A stretch of DNA of 64,000 nt from a virus (lineage: Duplodnaviria; Heunggongvirae; Uroviricota; Caudoviricetes). Under the pieces are notes generated by a model. That model ran no database searches and was not told where the DNA came from. It saw nothing but the letters and a program-made list of their open reading frames with translations. Location of the stretch: the IMG/VR virus record IMGVR_UViG_3300013902_000006; one strand, 5' to 3'. A program made the translations under genes and the position numbers. Positions 50,053-59,012 of the stretch are shown here, piece by piece; position 1 is the first letter of the stretch; each line of letters opens with the position of its first letter.

Positions 50053-51153
50053 ATGAAAAAGTTTATTTTTATGATTATGGCTGCCTTGTGCAGCATCGTG
50101 ACGGCCTCAGCACAGTCACAGAGTAATTACAGTGGAAGTTCAAAGTTTTTTGATAACACATCAGTAGGTGTTGTCGGTGGCGTAGAAACCAACCTTCACG
50201 ATTGGAATGCCCCACAGGGTGCTGTCGCAGGAATCCTTTTGAATAAGGAGATTACCCCTATTTTTGGTGTAACACTTGAGGGTAATACAAACATCAACGG
50301 TCTCCGAAATTGGGAGAGTAAGGCATCCCATTCTTGTGGCGCAAAGGTATTTGATGCCTTTAGTGTTTATCTTACACCACGAGTAAATTTGTCGAATGCA
50401 TTGTTCGGTTATAAGGTCAATTCTCGAAAGTTTGAAGTTGAAGCTCTCGCAGGTCTTGGTTACGGAGCTTTCCTATACGACAATACTCATAATGCATTGC
50501 TTGCCAAAGCGGGACTCAATTTCAATTATAATCTGAGTAAGGCATTTACTGTAATGCTTCGTCCTGCGGTTATTTATGATTTGTCGGCAACTAATGTGAA
50601 GTTTGACTCACGTAGTGCTGTCGCACAACTGACAGTAGGTGTCACATATCATTTTAAGACCTCAAATGGCACACGTTCATTTAATAAGGCAAAGCTTTAT
50701 AATCAGTCTGAAATTGACGCTCTTAATGCAAAGATTGCTGACTTGCAGTCAAGCCTCGAAGCAGCAAATAAGGTGGCTAAGACAAATGCAATCAATACAG
50801 TAGATACTGTCTATGTAGAGAGTTCATCTTCATTGGGCAATGTTGTATCATTCAAACTTAATAGTTCAAAGGTCGATGAAACACAGATGGCAAATCTTGA
50901 CAATGCAGTACGTATGTTGAAGGAGAATACTGACTTGAAAGTTACTTTGAAGGGCTATGCTGATAAGAATACTGGTAGCGCATCCTATAACAAGAGATTG
51001 TCAGTTCGCCGTGCTGAGGCTGTGAAGAAGGTTATTGTTAATAAGTATGGCATCGATCCTGACCGTATCGATGTGCTTGGTGTTGGTGATACTGAGCAGC
51101 TTTATTCAGATAACAATTGGAATCGTGTTGTAATTTTTGTTGAGAACAAGTAA
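50053..51153 (+). CDS. OmpA-family outer-membrane protein (signal peptide + C-terminal OmpA peptidoglycan-binding domain)
   Basis: Signal MKKFIFMIMAALCSIVTASAQ. C-terminus VTLKGYADKNTGSASYNKRLSVRRAEAVKKVIV...DRIDVLGVGDTEQ matches the OmpA_C motif. Higher GC than the surroundings. Confidence 0.75.
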   Translation: MKKFIFMIMAALCSIVTASAQSQSNYSGSSKFFDNTSVGVVGGVETNLHDWNAPQGAVAGILLNKEITPIFGVTLEGNTNINGLRNWESKASHSCGAKVFDAFSVYLTPRVNLSNALFGYKVNSRKFEVEALAGLGYGAFLYDNTHNALLAKAGLNFNYNLSKAFTVMLRPAVIYDLSATNVKFDSRSAVAQLTVGVTYHFKTSNGTRSFNKAKLYNQSEIDALNAKIADLQSSLEAANKVAKTNAINTVDTVYVESSSSLGNVVSFKLNSSKVDETQMANLDNAVRMLKENTDLKVTLKGYADKNTGSASYNKRLSVRRAEAVKKVIVNKYGIDPDRIDVLGVGDTEQLYSDNNWNRVVIFVENK

Positions 51154-51179
51154 ATGAACGTATCTAATTAAATTTAATT

Positions 51180-51225
51180 CTTACCATAATGTTGTTACAT
51201 TACAATATTTTGGTAAGAATTTTCT
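51180..51225 (+). terminator. Compound hairpin TTCTTACCA...TGGTAAGAA after the ompA-like gene
   Basis: 9-bp inverted repeat enclosing a second small palindrome. T-rich downstream. Confidence 0.4.
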
Positions 51226-51242
51226 TTTTAAAATAATGTATA

Positions 51243-51626
51243 ATGGCTGAAATAATAAGATATTGTTTAACAAGTGAGGAGCATGATGGTGAAAATGTTT
51301 TTAAAGTTTGCCGTCCTAATATAATGGGGAATCCATTCACATTTCTTCCTAAAAGTAAATCTAAGTTTAAAAATTTAATAAAGGTAAAAACAAGGGATGA
51401 AGCAATTGATCTGTATGAACCTTATTTCGATGTGATGATAAAGAAAGACAAGAGATTTAAGGAAGAATGGGATAAAATGTTCAATGCGTATCTTAAATAT
51501 GACACCGTATATATTGGATGTTTTTGCGGGAAGGGAGAAAGATGCCACGGTGACATAATAGCCAAGAAGTTAAAACAAAGGGCAATCAAGCAAATGCTCA
51601 AGAATTTGGATATCATGAAAGATTAA
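51243..51626 (+). CDS. DUF4326-like protein (CxC...CHGD motif)
   Basis: CFCGKGERCHGDIIAKKL resembles the conserved C..C..CHgDvL core of DUF4326 phage proteins. Confidence 0.35.
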   Translation: MAEIIRYCLTSEEHDGENVFKVCRPNIMGNPFTFLPKSKSKFKNLIKVKTRDEAIDLYEPYFDVMIKKDKRFKEEWDKMFNAYLKYDTVYIGCFCGKGERCHGDIIAKKLKQRAIKQMLKNLDIMKD

Positions 51627-51946
51627 CGTAAATTTTTACAAAAGAAAGGATTATCTTTTAAAGAATATATCATATTTTCGTAATATTTGCAGGTAGTCGA
51701 AAAGTTATCGACATCAGTTTGCGACAATTCAAACCATTCGTTCATTATTCTGCAATGTCTGAAATGATTATGAATCAATGTTTCCATTCGATACATATAA
51801 TCTGTTGTGTATGTTCCTTTGACAGTCAAAATAGAGGAATTACCTGTCTGTAAATTTTTCAGCCTTTTATCGACGCTATTCTTAGTAATCCCGATTTTAT
51901 ACCTTTCGTTTTCCTCGTCAAATATCAAGTAAATATTCCCTCTCAT
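51623..51946 (-). CDS. GIY-YIG superfamily (T5orf172/MUG113-type) small nuclease-like protein
   Basis: NIYLIFDEENERYKIGITKNSVDKRLKNLQTGN matches the T5orf172 pattern (IY.I.....YKIG.T....RL..L.TGN). Lone minus-strand gene. Confidence 0.5.
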   Translation of the reverse strand: MRGNIYLIFDEENERYKIGITKNSVDKRLKNLQTGNSSILTVKGTYTTDYMYRMETLIHNHFRHCRIMNEWFELSQTDVDNFSTTCKYYENMIYSLKDNPFFCKNLR

Positions 51947-52045
51947 AAGTTAAATTATCTTCTTACCTTAATATAGGTCTTAATATTATACATTTCAATT
52001 AAGAACCTTTAACTATTAATATTTGGTAATAATAAAATATATTAG

Positions 52046-52053
52046 TATCTTTG
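52046..52053 (+). promoter_or_regulatory. -7 box TATCTTTG(CA)
   Basis: TAnnTTTG match 31 nt upstream of a 57-aa ORF. Confidence 0.4.
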
Positions 52054-52084
52054 CATACATAAAGGAATAATTTATTAAATATTA

Positions 52085-52258
52085 ATTAAAACTATGGATA
52101 GTAAAGATTTACAAAAACTAACCGATGCCATCAAGGGGAATACCAAGGCATTGGAGAAATACACTTCGTTAGTCGATAAGCAGAATCAAAAGATAGATGC
52201 TTTGACTATTGCCATCAGTGAGTTGAAGACAACAATTAAAGGTAATCCAAACGATTAA
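52085..52258 (+). CDS. Small coiled-coil protein (57 aa, below the ORF-track cutoff)
   Basis: ORF encoding MDSKDLQKLTDAIKGNTKALEKYTSLVDKQNQKIDALTIAISELKTTIKGNPND with a canonical promoter upstream. Confidence 0.3.
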   Translation: MKTMDSKDLQKLTDAIKGNTKALEKYTSLVDKQNQKIDALTIAISELKTTIKGNPND

Positions 52259-52270
52259 TAAAATAAAATA

Positions 52271-52477
52271 ATGGACAAGAAATTTTGTGCTATACACCGT
52301 CTTTATTATCAAGGTCATGAGTGTCCTTTGTGTCTTAGTGAACGAGTAAGTTATTATGACCGTAAGTATAACGGTAAAACCGAGGATGTCAAAGAGAAGA
52401 AGTCATCCAAGAAAGTAGACAGAGAGATTAATAAAGACGATATTTCTAAATTAATGGAAAAATTCAATAAAAAGTAA
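52271..52477 (+). CDS. Small zinc-ribbon protein (C..H....C..C)
   Basis: CAIHRLYYQGHECPLC motif. 68 aa, translationally coupled to the next gene. Confidence 0.35.
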   Translation: MDKKFCAIHRLYYQGHECPLCLSERVSYYDRKYNGKTEDVKEKKSSKKVDREINKDDISKLMEKFNKK

Positions 52478-53796
52478 TGAAAAAATATACATTTGAAGAT
52501 ATCAGAAAGAAGGGACTCCTTCTTTATGAGTTCGTGAGGGGTTCTGTTAGTCAGGGAATAAACACCCTTTCCTCAGATGAAGATCACGGTGGCGTATATA
52601 TGGCACCAGCGGAACAATTGTTAGGTCTTGGGTTTGACTATCAAGATGAAATAAAGGATGCCAAGGGTGATGACGACTGGATGGAACTCAATAAGTTTAT
52701 GCGACTATTGTTGAAGTCAAATCCGACTGTCTTGGAAAGTTTGTTTGTTGATGACAAGTATGTCCTATATGAGCATCCTATTATGACAGAAATTAAGAAA
52801 CATCGTAATGAATTTGTTACAAAGGAATGTTTTGATGCTTTTTTCGGCTACGCAAAATCACAGGTACACAAGGCACGAGGACTTAATAAAAAGATTGTTC
52901 AACCTATTGTAGAACGTAAGACAGTTCTTGATTTCTGTTATACATTTTATAAGCAAGGTAGCACAAAGATTGAAAATTGGCTTGACTATCGTGGTTTGAA
53001 ACAGAAATATTGTGGTCTTGTAAATATTCCTAATATGATAGAGACAATAGGAGTATATTATGATTGGGGTAATCATTTTCTTAATGAGAACATTCATATC
53101 GAGGAATTATACCGGGCATACGACAATATTGGTATATATTCAACGACCGATATCATAACAAAGATGAAAAAGACTACTGATGATGGTGAAAAATTAAAGT
53201 TAGAAGAAGACTTGAAAAAATGCCATATGTGTAATATGGTTGAATTCATAATGGATTTTTATCATCTTGACGATATGTTTGCTTTACGTGATTGGTATCA
53301 TGAACAAAGACCGATCGGTTATAAGGGTATTGTGAACGAAAAAGGTACATCTAATGAATTACGTCTATCATCGGTGGCAAAGGATGAGAAACCAGTGTGT
53401 TATATGACGTACAATAAGAATGCTTTTAGTAGCCATTGTAAAGATTACAAGGAATATAAAGATTGGGAGAAGAATCGTAATCCCGTCCGTTATGAAAGTA
53501 ATTTAAATAAGAACTATGACGCAAAGAATATGGCCCATAGTTTTCGTTTAGTTAATATGGGTATCGAAATTGCAAAGGGTGAAGGTGTTAAAGTCGATAG
53601 GATGAATATTGACCGTGATTTTCTTTTGGCAATCCGTAAACATCAATATGAATATGATGAATTAATTAACAAATTAGAGGAAAAGGTAAAGGAAATGGAT
53701 GAAGCTGTTAAGCGAACATCTCTTCCTGATAAAATTGATATAAATAGAGTCAATGACTTACTTCTTCAGATACGTAAAAAGCAATTACATTTATGA
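52477..53796 (+). CDS. Pol-beta superfamily nucleotidyltransferase of unknown specificity
   Basis: RGSVSQGINTLSSDEDHGGVY fits the minimal NTase motif GS-x(9-13)-DhDh. Translationally coupled to the CCA-adding enzyme. Confidence 0.45.
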   Translation: MKKYTFEDIRKKGLLLYEFVRGSVSQGINTLSSDEDHGGVYMAPAEQLLGLGFDYQDEIKDAKGDDDWMELNKFMRLLLKSNPTVLESLFVDDKYVLYEHPIMTEIKKHRNEFVTKECFDAFFGYAKSQVHKARGLNKKIVQPIVERKTVLDFCYTFYKQGSTKIENWLDYRGLKQKYCGLVNIPNMIETIGVYYDWGNHFLNENIHIEELYRAYDNIGIYSTTDIITKMKKTTDDGEKLKLEEDLKKCHMCNMVEFIMDFYHLDDMFALRDWYHEQRPIGYKGIVNEKGTSNELRLSSVAKDEKPVCYMTYNKNAFSSHCKDYKEYKDWEKNRNPVRYESNLNKNYDAKNMAHSFRLVNMGIEIAKGEGVKVDRMNIDRDFLLAIRKHQYEYDELINKLEEKVKEMDEAVKRTSLPDKIDINRVNDLLLQIRKKQLHL

Positions 53797-55181
53797 CAAA
53801 AGATAAATTTTTAGAAATCTGCTATTACCTAAAACATATCCTCAATGGTAGTGACTTCGTTAGTCACACGTATGTTGTCGGTGGTGCCGTCCGTGATTTC
53901 GTAATGGGTAATGAGATAAAGGATATTGACCTTGTAGTTTCATTACCTTCCGGAGGTATTAATTTGGCAAATTGGTTATATAATAATGATTTCCTGATTT
54001 ATAAACCGGTACTGTATCCTACATATGGCACTTCAATGTTTCAATTGAAGGAATTTCCTAATATTGAATTGGAAGCTGTTCAGACAAGAAAAGAACAGTA
54101 TAAGGATAAGAATAGCCGTAATCCTGAAACAGCTTATGGTACTATACAAGAGGACGCAATGCGTCGTGATTTAACGATTAATGCCCTCTATTATAGTCTG
54201 AACAATGGAAAAATAGTGGATGTTACCGGCAAAGGTCTTAATGACATCGAGAAACATATCATTAGAGTCACATCTGATCCTGATACGGTCTATCAAGATG
54301 ATGCTCTTCGAATCCTTCGTTGTATACGCTTCAGTTCAAGGTTTGGATGGAAAATCAGTGAAAGTACTTTTACGGGAATGGTTAAAAATGTCGATAGATT
54401 GGAGATTATAACAAAGGAACGTGTGCAGGATGAATTGAATAAAATGCTTTTGACAAAACAGCCATCGATGGCATTAAATTTAATTAAATCTATTGGTGCA
54501 ATGAAATATGTTATACCAGAATTGGAAATGACATATAATATTCGTCAAAATAAATACCACGATTATAATACGGTATGGGAACATACGATGATGGTATTGG
54601 ACAATTCGAGACCTAAACTTGAGCTTAGGGTCGCAGCATTGCTACATGACATTGGTAAATGTAAGACAGAAACCCATGATGAAGATGATACAGTGCATTT
54701 TTATCGTCACGAATTAGTTTCATCTGATATGTGCGATACCGTTTTAAGGAGACTGAAGTATTCAAATGATTTCATCCGTAAGGTTCAATTTATGATTAAG
54801 AATCATATGAGGACAAAGCAATTCGGTGACGATTTGGGGTTGATGAAGACAAAATCTTTACTTAAGCTTGAATATGAACTTGGTGATAATTTTGATGACT
54901 GTCTCGATTTGATAGATGCGGATAATCTATCACATGGTAAGGAGTATTGTATGCCTAATCAGGTTAAAAACATTCGTCAAAAAGTAAAGGAGCTTGAAAT
55001 ACAAGGCATTTCAATGTTCGGTTATCGTCTGCCTATTGATGGCAATGATGTAATGGAGACTTTGGATATTCCCCCATCATCAAAAGTAAAGGACTGTCTT
55101 AAATGGGCAATGAAATTCGTTTACAACAAGCCAAAAATTACAAGGGACGAACTTTTAAAACAGATTAAACAATTTCGATAA
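53793..55181 (+). CDS. cca: tRNA nucleotidyltransferase (CCA-adding enzyme) with an HD domain
   Basis: VVGGAVRDFVMGNEIKDIDLVV head motif, LRILRCIRFSSRFG neck and LLHDIGK HD motif. Confidence 0.8.
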   Translation: MTKDKFLEICYYLKHILNGSDFVSHTYVVGGAVRDFVMGNEIKDIDLVVSLPSGGINLANWLYNNDFLIYKPVLYPTYGTSMFQLKEFPNIELEAVQTRKEQYKDKNSRNPETAYGTIQEDAMRRDLTINALYYSLNNGKIVDVTGKGLNDIEKHIIRVTSDPDTVYQDDALRILRCIRFSSRFGWKISESTFTGMVKNVDRLEIITKERVQDELNKMLLTKQPSMALNLIKSIGAMKYVIPELEMTYNIRQNKYHDYNTVWEHTMMVLDNSRPKLELRVAALLHDIGKCKTETHDEDDTVHFYRHELVSSDMCDTVLRRLKYSNDFIRKVQFMIKNHMRTKQFGDDLGLMKTKSLLKLEYELGDNFDDCLDLIDADNLSHGKEYCMPNQVKNIRQKVKELEIQGISMFGYRLPIDGNDVMETLDIPPSSKVKDCLKWAMKFVYNKPKITRDELLKQIKQFR

Positions 55182-55378
55182 TTGGAAAAGAAAAAATAAA
55201 AGGATTACATTATATATTGGAAAAATTTCGGCTGATGAAATGTAAGGGGATTCGCCCTTTGAGTACAGCTCTTCATGAAGATGTAAGTTATGGCAATAAG
55301 GAAGAAGATTGAAAAGCCGACAGGAAATGACAAAGAAATGCAATATTCAAATAATCGATAATTTTTAATAAAACGGAT

Positions 55379-55840
55379 ATGATAAATAACAAGATTGATG
55401 AAATGATTGCGTCAGCACTCAAAAATAGAGAGACTGACTTGTTAAATGTCTTGAAATTAATCAAGACCGAATTCGTTAATGCAATACATAATAAAGTCGA
55501 ATTGGATGAAGCAAATGAAGTAAAGATACTTCTTAAGATGGCTTCACAGAGAGAAGATTCCATTCAACAGTACATTAAGGGAGGAAGAAACGACTTGGCA
55601 GAGTTGGAGAAGAAAGAACTTGAGATAATAAAATCATATACCCCTAAGCAAGCATCCGATGAGGAGATAGCTGAGTATACAAGTGGCGTTATAACTGCGT
55701 ACATTGTTTCAAAAGGAGAAGGTTATATTCTTTCAATGAAAGATATGAAACCTATTATGGCATCCGTTAAGGAAAAGTACCCTAATGCGAACGGAAAGGT
55801 TGTTTCTATGACTTTGAATAAAGTAATCAATAATAAGTAA
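55379..55840 (+). CDS. YqeY/GatB-domain protein
   Basis: Aligns along its length with E. coli YqeY (ALKNRETDLLNVLKLIKTEFVN..QREDSIQQYIKGGRNDLAELEKKELEIIKSYTP versus [55 protein letters not shown]). Confidence 0.6.
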   Translation: MINNKIDEMIASALKNRETDLLNVLKLIKTEFVNAIHNKVELDEANEVKILLKMASQREDSIQQYIKGGRNDLAELEKKELEIIKSYTPKQASDEEIAEYTSGVITAYIVSKGEGYILSMKDMKPIMASVKEKYPNANGKVVSMTLNKVINNK

Positions 55841-55847
55841 GAGTAAT

Positions 55848-56057
55848 ATGGAAGACAGAGTATATCCTTATTTAGGAAGGAACAAGATAGATGGTAAAGA
55901 CATCGTTGTATTGTTCACTGATGAAGACTGCGGTGTCGTCGTAATGAGTGAGTTCGACAAGGGAAGTAAGTTCGCCTTTGGAAAGTATCTTGAAAATTTT
56001 GCTGAGGAGCAGTTTGAGGTTTTACCTCCTGATTTGCAAGTAAGCCTCAGCAATTAA
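55848..56057 (+). CDS. Hypothetical small protein
   Basis: 69-aa ORF. Confidence 0.3.
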   Translation: MEDRVYPYLGRNKIDGKDIVVLFTDEDCGVVVMSEFDKGSKFAFGKYLENFAEEQFEVLPPDLQVSLSN

Positions 56058-56065
56058 TGATTTTT

Positions 56066-56095
56066 AACGGAGGATTTTATAATTCTCCGTTTTTT
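56066..56095 (+). terminator. Rho-independent terminator (ACGGAGGA..TTCTCCGT + T6)
   Basis: Hairpin followed by TTTTTT and immediately followed by a -7 box. Confidence 0.55.
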
Positions 56096-56100
56096 ATTCG

Positions 56101-56108
56101 TACCTTTG
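56101..56108 (+). promoter_or_regulatory. -7 box TACCTTTG(CA)
   Basis: TAnnTTTG match. The ORF-track start at 56106 lies inside this box, so the real start is probably ATG 56136 (MKEWKYKP). Confidence 0.45.
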
Positions 56109-56135
56109 CATAGAAATAAAATAAATAAAAACCTT

Positions 56136-57107
56136 ATGAAAGAATGGAAATATAAGCCTTTGGCACAACGTTTCGTCAGCGACTATAAGTTACCGATACC
56201 GATAATTACTGAGAAGATATTTAATTTTCATCTAAAAAAATATGAAGAGAAGTATAAGTCGTTGACTAAATGGAACGAACTCTTGAAATTGATAACAGAC
56301 AAATTTGACAGCAACTTTAATAAGTTCCTTGATGATTATTATCAAATTAGGGATAATATTATAATGACTGTCTTGAACAGCGAGGCGTTTAAGAAGTTTA
56401 ACACAATGCCAATAGATTGTTACAATTTCAAGAATGAGGAATCGATAACTTCGAATAATATTTACAACCAATCAAACGTAAGCAAGAAGTTTGTATCAAT
56501 TGATTTGAAAAAAGCGAATTTCCAAATATTGCGCAAAGTAGATAAGGATATTGTATTAGGTGCTGATACTTATGAGGATTTCATAGGTAATTTCACTAAT
56601 CTTGACTATATTAAGGAAAGTAAGTATACAAGACAAGTACTCTTTGGTAAAATGAATCCAAAGCGTCACATTAAAGTCGAAAAGTATTATACTTATCTGA
56701 TGTATAAGTTGCTTGAAATATATGCCAAATCACACGATTGGAAGATAGTTTCATTAAATAGTGATGAAATTGTTTATGAGACACCTAATTCCTATTGCGA
56801 GATTGATTACATCGCTGAAACAATAAAGGAAAAACTGGATTTGATAGTACACGTAGAACTGTTTATACTCAACGGATATACGTTTTCGACAAAAGATAGT
56901 GAACATCACAAGGTGGATTTTTATGTGAAGAAGAATTTAATAAACGGTGAAGAGAAAATGGTATCGGTTCCATTGCCTTATCATTCGTTGATATATTCTT
57001 TGTATAATAAAGAAAAACCTTCCGAAATGGATTACCACTTTAATTATGAGGGTTATGACTGTATTTTTAATGAAGAATTTGAAATAAAGGGGATTGAAAA
57101 TGGATAA
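56136..57107 (+). CDS. Hypothetical protein (start re-assigned from 56106)
   Basis: 323-aa ORF with its start moved downstream of the promoter box. Confidence 0.45.
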   Translation: MKEWKYKPLAQRFVSDYKLPIPIITEKIFNFHLKKYEEKYKSLTKWNELLKLITDKFDSNFNKFLDDYYQIRDNIIMTVLNSEAFKKFNTMPIDCYNFKNEESITSNNIYNQSNVSKKFVSIDLKKANFQILRKVDKDIVLGADTYEDFIGNFTNLDYIKESKYTRQVLFGKMNPKRHIKVEKYYTYLMYKLLEIYAKSHDWKIVSLNSDEIVYETPNSYCEIDYIAETIKEKLDLIVHVELFILNGYTFSTKDSEHHKVDFYVKKNLINGEEKMVSVPLPYHSLIYSLYNKEKPSEMDYHFNYEGYDCIFNEEFEIKGIENG

Positions 57108-58176
57108 TTTTGATAACGAGATGTTTGGCTTTGATGATATAACTAATGTCGTGTTCTTTTCGTCGGGTGATTTCGGAATACCTACCCTTAAAGCGTTAAT
57201 CGAGAACGAAAAGTACAATGTGAAAGGTGTTGTTACTTCGAATGATAAGGCGGTTTACAATGACAAGAGAATTGCTGATATAGCAGATGCAAATGGTATC
57301 CCTTGTTGCATTCCTTCCAACGATGACGAATTGTATTATTTTTTGGAAAATATAAAAGATGATAAGTCTGATTTCGGTAATAACTTGTATTATTGTGTTA
57401 TTTCATATAAGAAATTAAGCGATAGGATACTGTCATTAGTTGACGGTAGGGCAATGAATGTACATGCTTCGATTTTGCCTTTCCTTCGTGGTGCGGCACC
57501 TATCAATTGGGCAATTAGATTAGGTTTTAAAGAGACAGGTTTAACAGCGTTTAAATTATCCGATAAAATTGATCGTGGAGATATAATTAACAGTATGTTT
57601 GTTAATATAAACGATGATGAAACTTATGACAGTCTCTTCAAGAAGTTGTCTGATAAATGCGTAGATTTTACGATGGGTTCACTTAATATATTCCGTCTTG
57701 TGTCCATAACAAGTCAACGTATAGGCCGACAACCGAATATAGGTGTTAAACGTGATATATTGGTTGCCCCTAAAATCACAAAGAAATATTGGGATGGGTG
57801 GCTTAGGCTGTCGATGGAAGAGATAGATAGATTGTTCAAATCGACTTCTAATGGATTGCCTTGCAAAATATATGTGATTGATGACAGCAAGAATACCCAA
57901 TGTGATGTACTTAATGCAAAGATATGGGATTATGAATTTATCTCTAATTTTGAAGATGGAAGTGAAGGGGTAAATTGGTATCCAACTGAATGCGATGGAA
58001 AAACCTACATAAGGGTTGCCTTTGGAGACCAAGTAGAAAAAGTATTGTTAATCAAGGAAATCCAATTGGAAGGCAGGAAACGAATGTATATTGAGGATTT
58101 TTTGCGTGGTTTTAAGTATACTCGTAATAATAAGGACAATTACCGATTGGTAATTTCATCTGATATAAGTGAATAA
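57094..58176 (+). CDS. Formyltransferase, closest to methionyl-tRNA formyltransferase (Fmt)
   Basis: N-terminus VVFFSSGDFGIPTLKALIENEKYNVKGVVTSNDK resembles Fmt [32 protein letters not shown]. Catalytic HASILPFLRGAAPINWAIRLGFKETGLTAFKLSDKIDRGDII versus Fmt [42 protein letters not shown]. Confidence 0.55.
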   Translation: MKMDNFDNEMFGFDDITNVVFFSSGDFGIPTLKALIENEKYNVKGVVTSNDKAVYNDKRIADIADANGIPCCIPSNDDELYYFLENIKDDKSDFGNNLYYCVISYKKLSDRILSLVDGRAMNVHASILPFLRGAAPINWAIRLGFKETGLTAFKLSDKIDRGDIINSMFVNINDDETYDSLFKKLSDKCVDFTMGSLNIFRLVSITSQRIGRQPNIGVKRDILVAPKITKKYWDGWLRLSMEEIDRLFKSTSNGLPCKIYVIDDSKNTQCDVLNAKIWDYEFISNFEDGSEGVNWYPTECDGKTYIRVAFGDQVEKVLLIKEIQLEGRKRMYIEDFLRGFKYTRNNKDNYRLVISSDISE

Positions 58177-58208
58177 TTAACTTTGTAAATATAATATATC
58201 TTAATAAA

Positions 58209-58988
58209 ATGGCAACAAGCAAAGGAGTAATTAAAAATATTAATACTGATCAGCATAGAATTTTAGCTGATATAATGAAATTATATAATGATAATAAAGG
58301 ATTTGAATTAGATCCTACATATTCAAAAGGTAATTTCTACGGTGACTTTAAATGGATTAACGATTATGGGGAGAGAGAAACATATACGATACCACAGCCT
58401 AAATATAAAATGGATGTATTCCCGATAAGGGATGATGTTCAGAAACTTGAATTAATGGGGGATTTTCCTTTTGATGATAAGTCTATCAACAGTTGTAACG
58501 TAGATTTACCATTTGTTATCAGCATAGGTCCTTCTATGGGTAATGGTAATAAAAATTCAAATATTACATCAAATCGATTTTCATCTTTTTATCCTTTGAG
58601 TAATCTTATAGAAACTTATTATCATTTTTTAAAGGAAACTTATCGGGTACTAAAGGATAATGGAATCCTTGTATGGAAATGTCAACGAACAATTACCGGA
58701 GGTAAGACTTTAAATTCACCGGAAATATCTTGGTTGTTTGCTGAAAGTATAGGCTTTGACTGTGTTGATGCATTTTATCTTGAAGGAAAATCGAGACTCA
58801 TCAGCGGTAAAATAAAGAAACAAGAACACAGTCGTTCATATGTTTCAATATTTTATGTGTTTAAAAAGTCCACGAGAAAAAAAATTGATTATTTAACAAC
58901 CTTTAGTGAGACAGTAAGGGATGACATTTTAAGAGGTATAAGGGAAAATAATATAAAAAAAGGTAGAAAATTTTTAAGCGAATTTTAA
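58209..58988 (+). CDS. Hypothetical protein
   Basis: 259-aa ORF. A weak DLPF motif near residue 100 is not a convincing MTase motif IV. Confidence 0.4.
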   Translation: MATSKGVIKNINTDQHRILADIMKLYNDNKGFELDPTYSKGNFYGDFKWINDYGERETYTIPQPKYKMDVFPIRDDVQKLELMGDFPFDDKSINSCNVDLPFVISIGPSMGNGNKNSNITSNRFSSFYPLSNLIETYYHFLKETYRVLKDNGILVWKCQRTITGGKTLNSPEISWLFAESIGFDCVDAFYLEGKSRLISGKIKKQEHSRSYVSIFYVFKKSTRKKIDYLTTFSETVRDDILRGIRENNIKKGRKFLSEF

Positions 58989-59012
58989 TTTGTTAAAAAT
59001 AATTAGAGAATA

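Noticed and set aside
56106-56135. ORF-track start of the 56106 gene (MHRNKINKNL...).
   Set aside because: The first 30 nt coincide with the TACCTTTGCA promoter box directly after a terminator, so the internal ATG at 56136 is the more plausible start.
58209-58988. Calling 58209..58988 a DNA methyltransferase because of a DLPF motif.
   Set aside because: No motif I (FxGxG) or other MTase blocks could be seen, so it is left as hypothetical.
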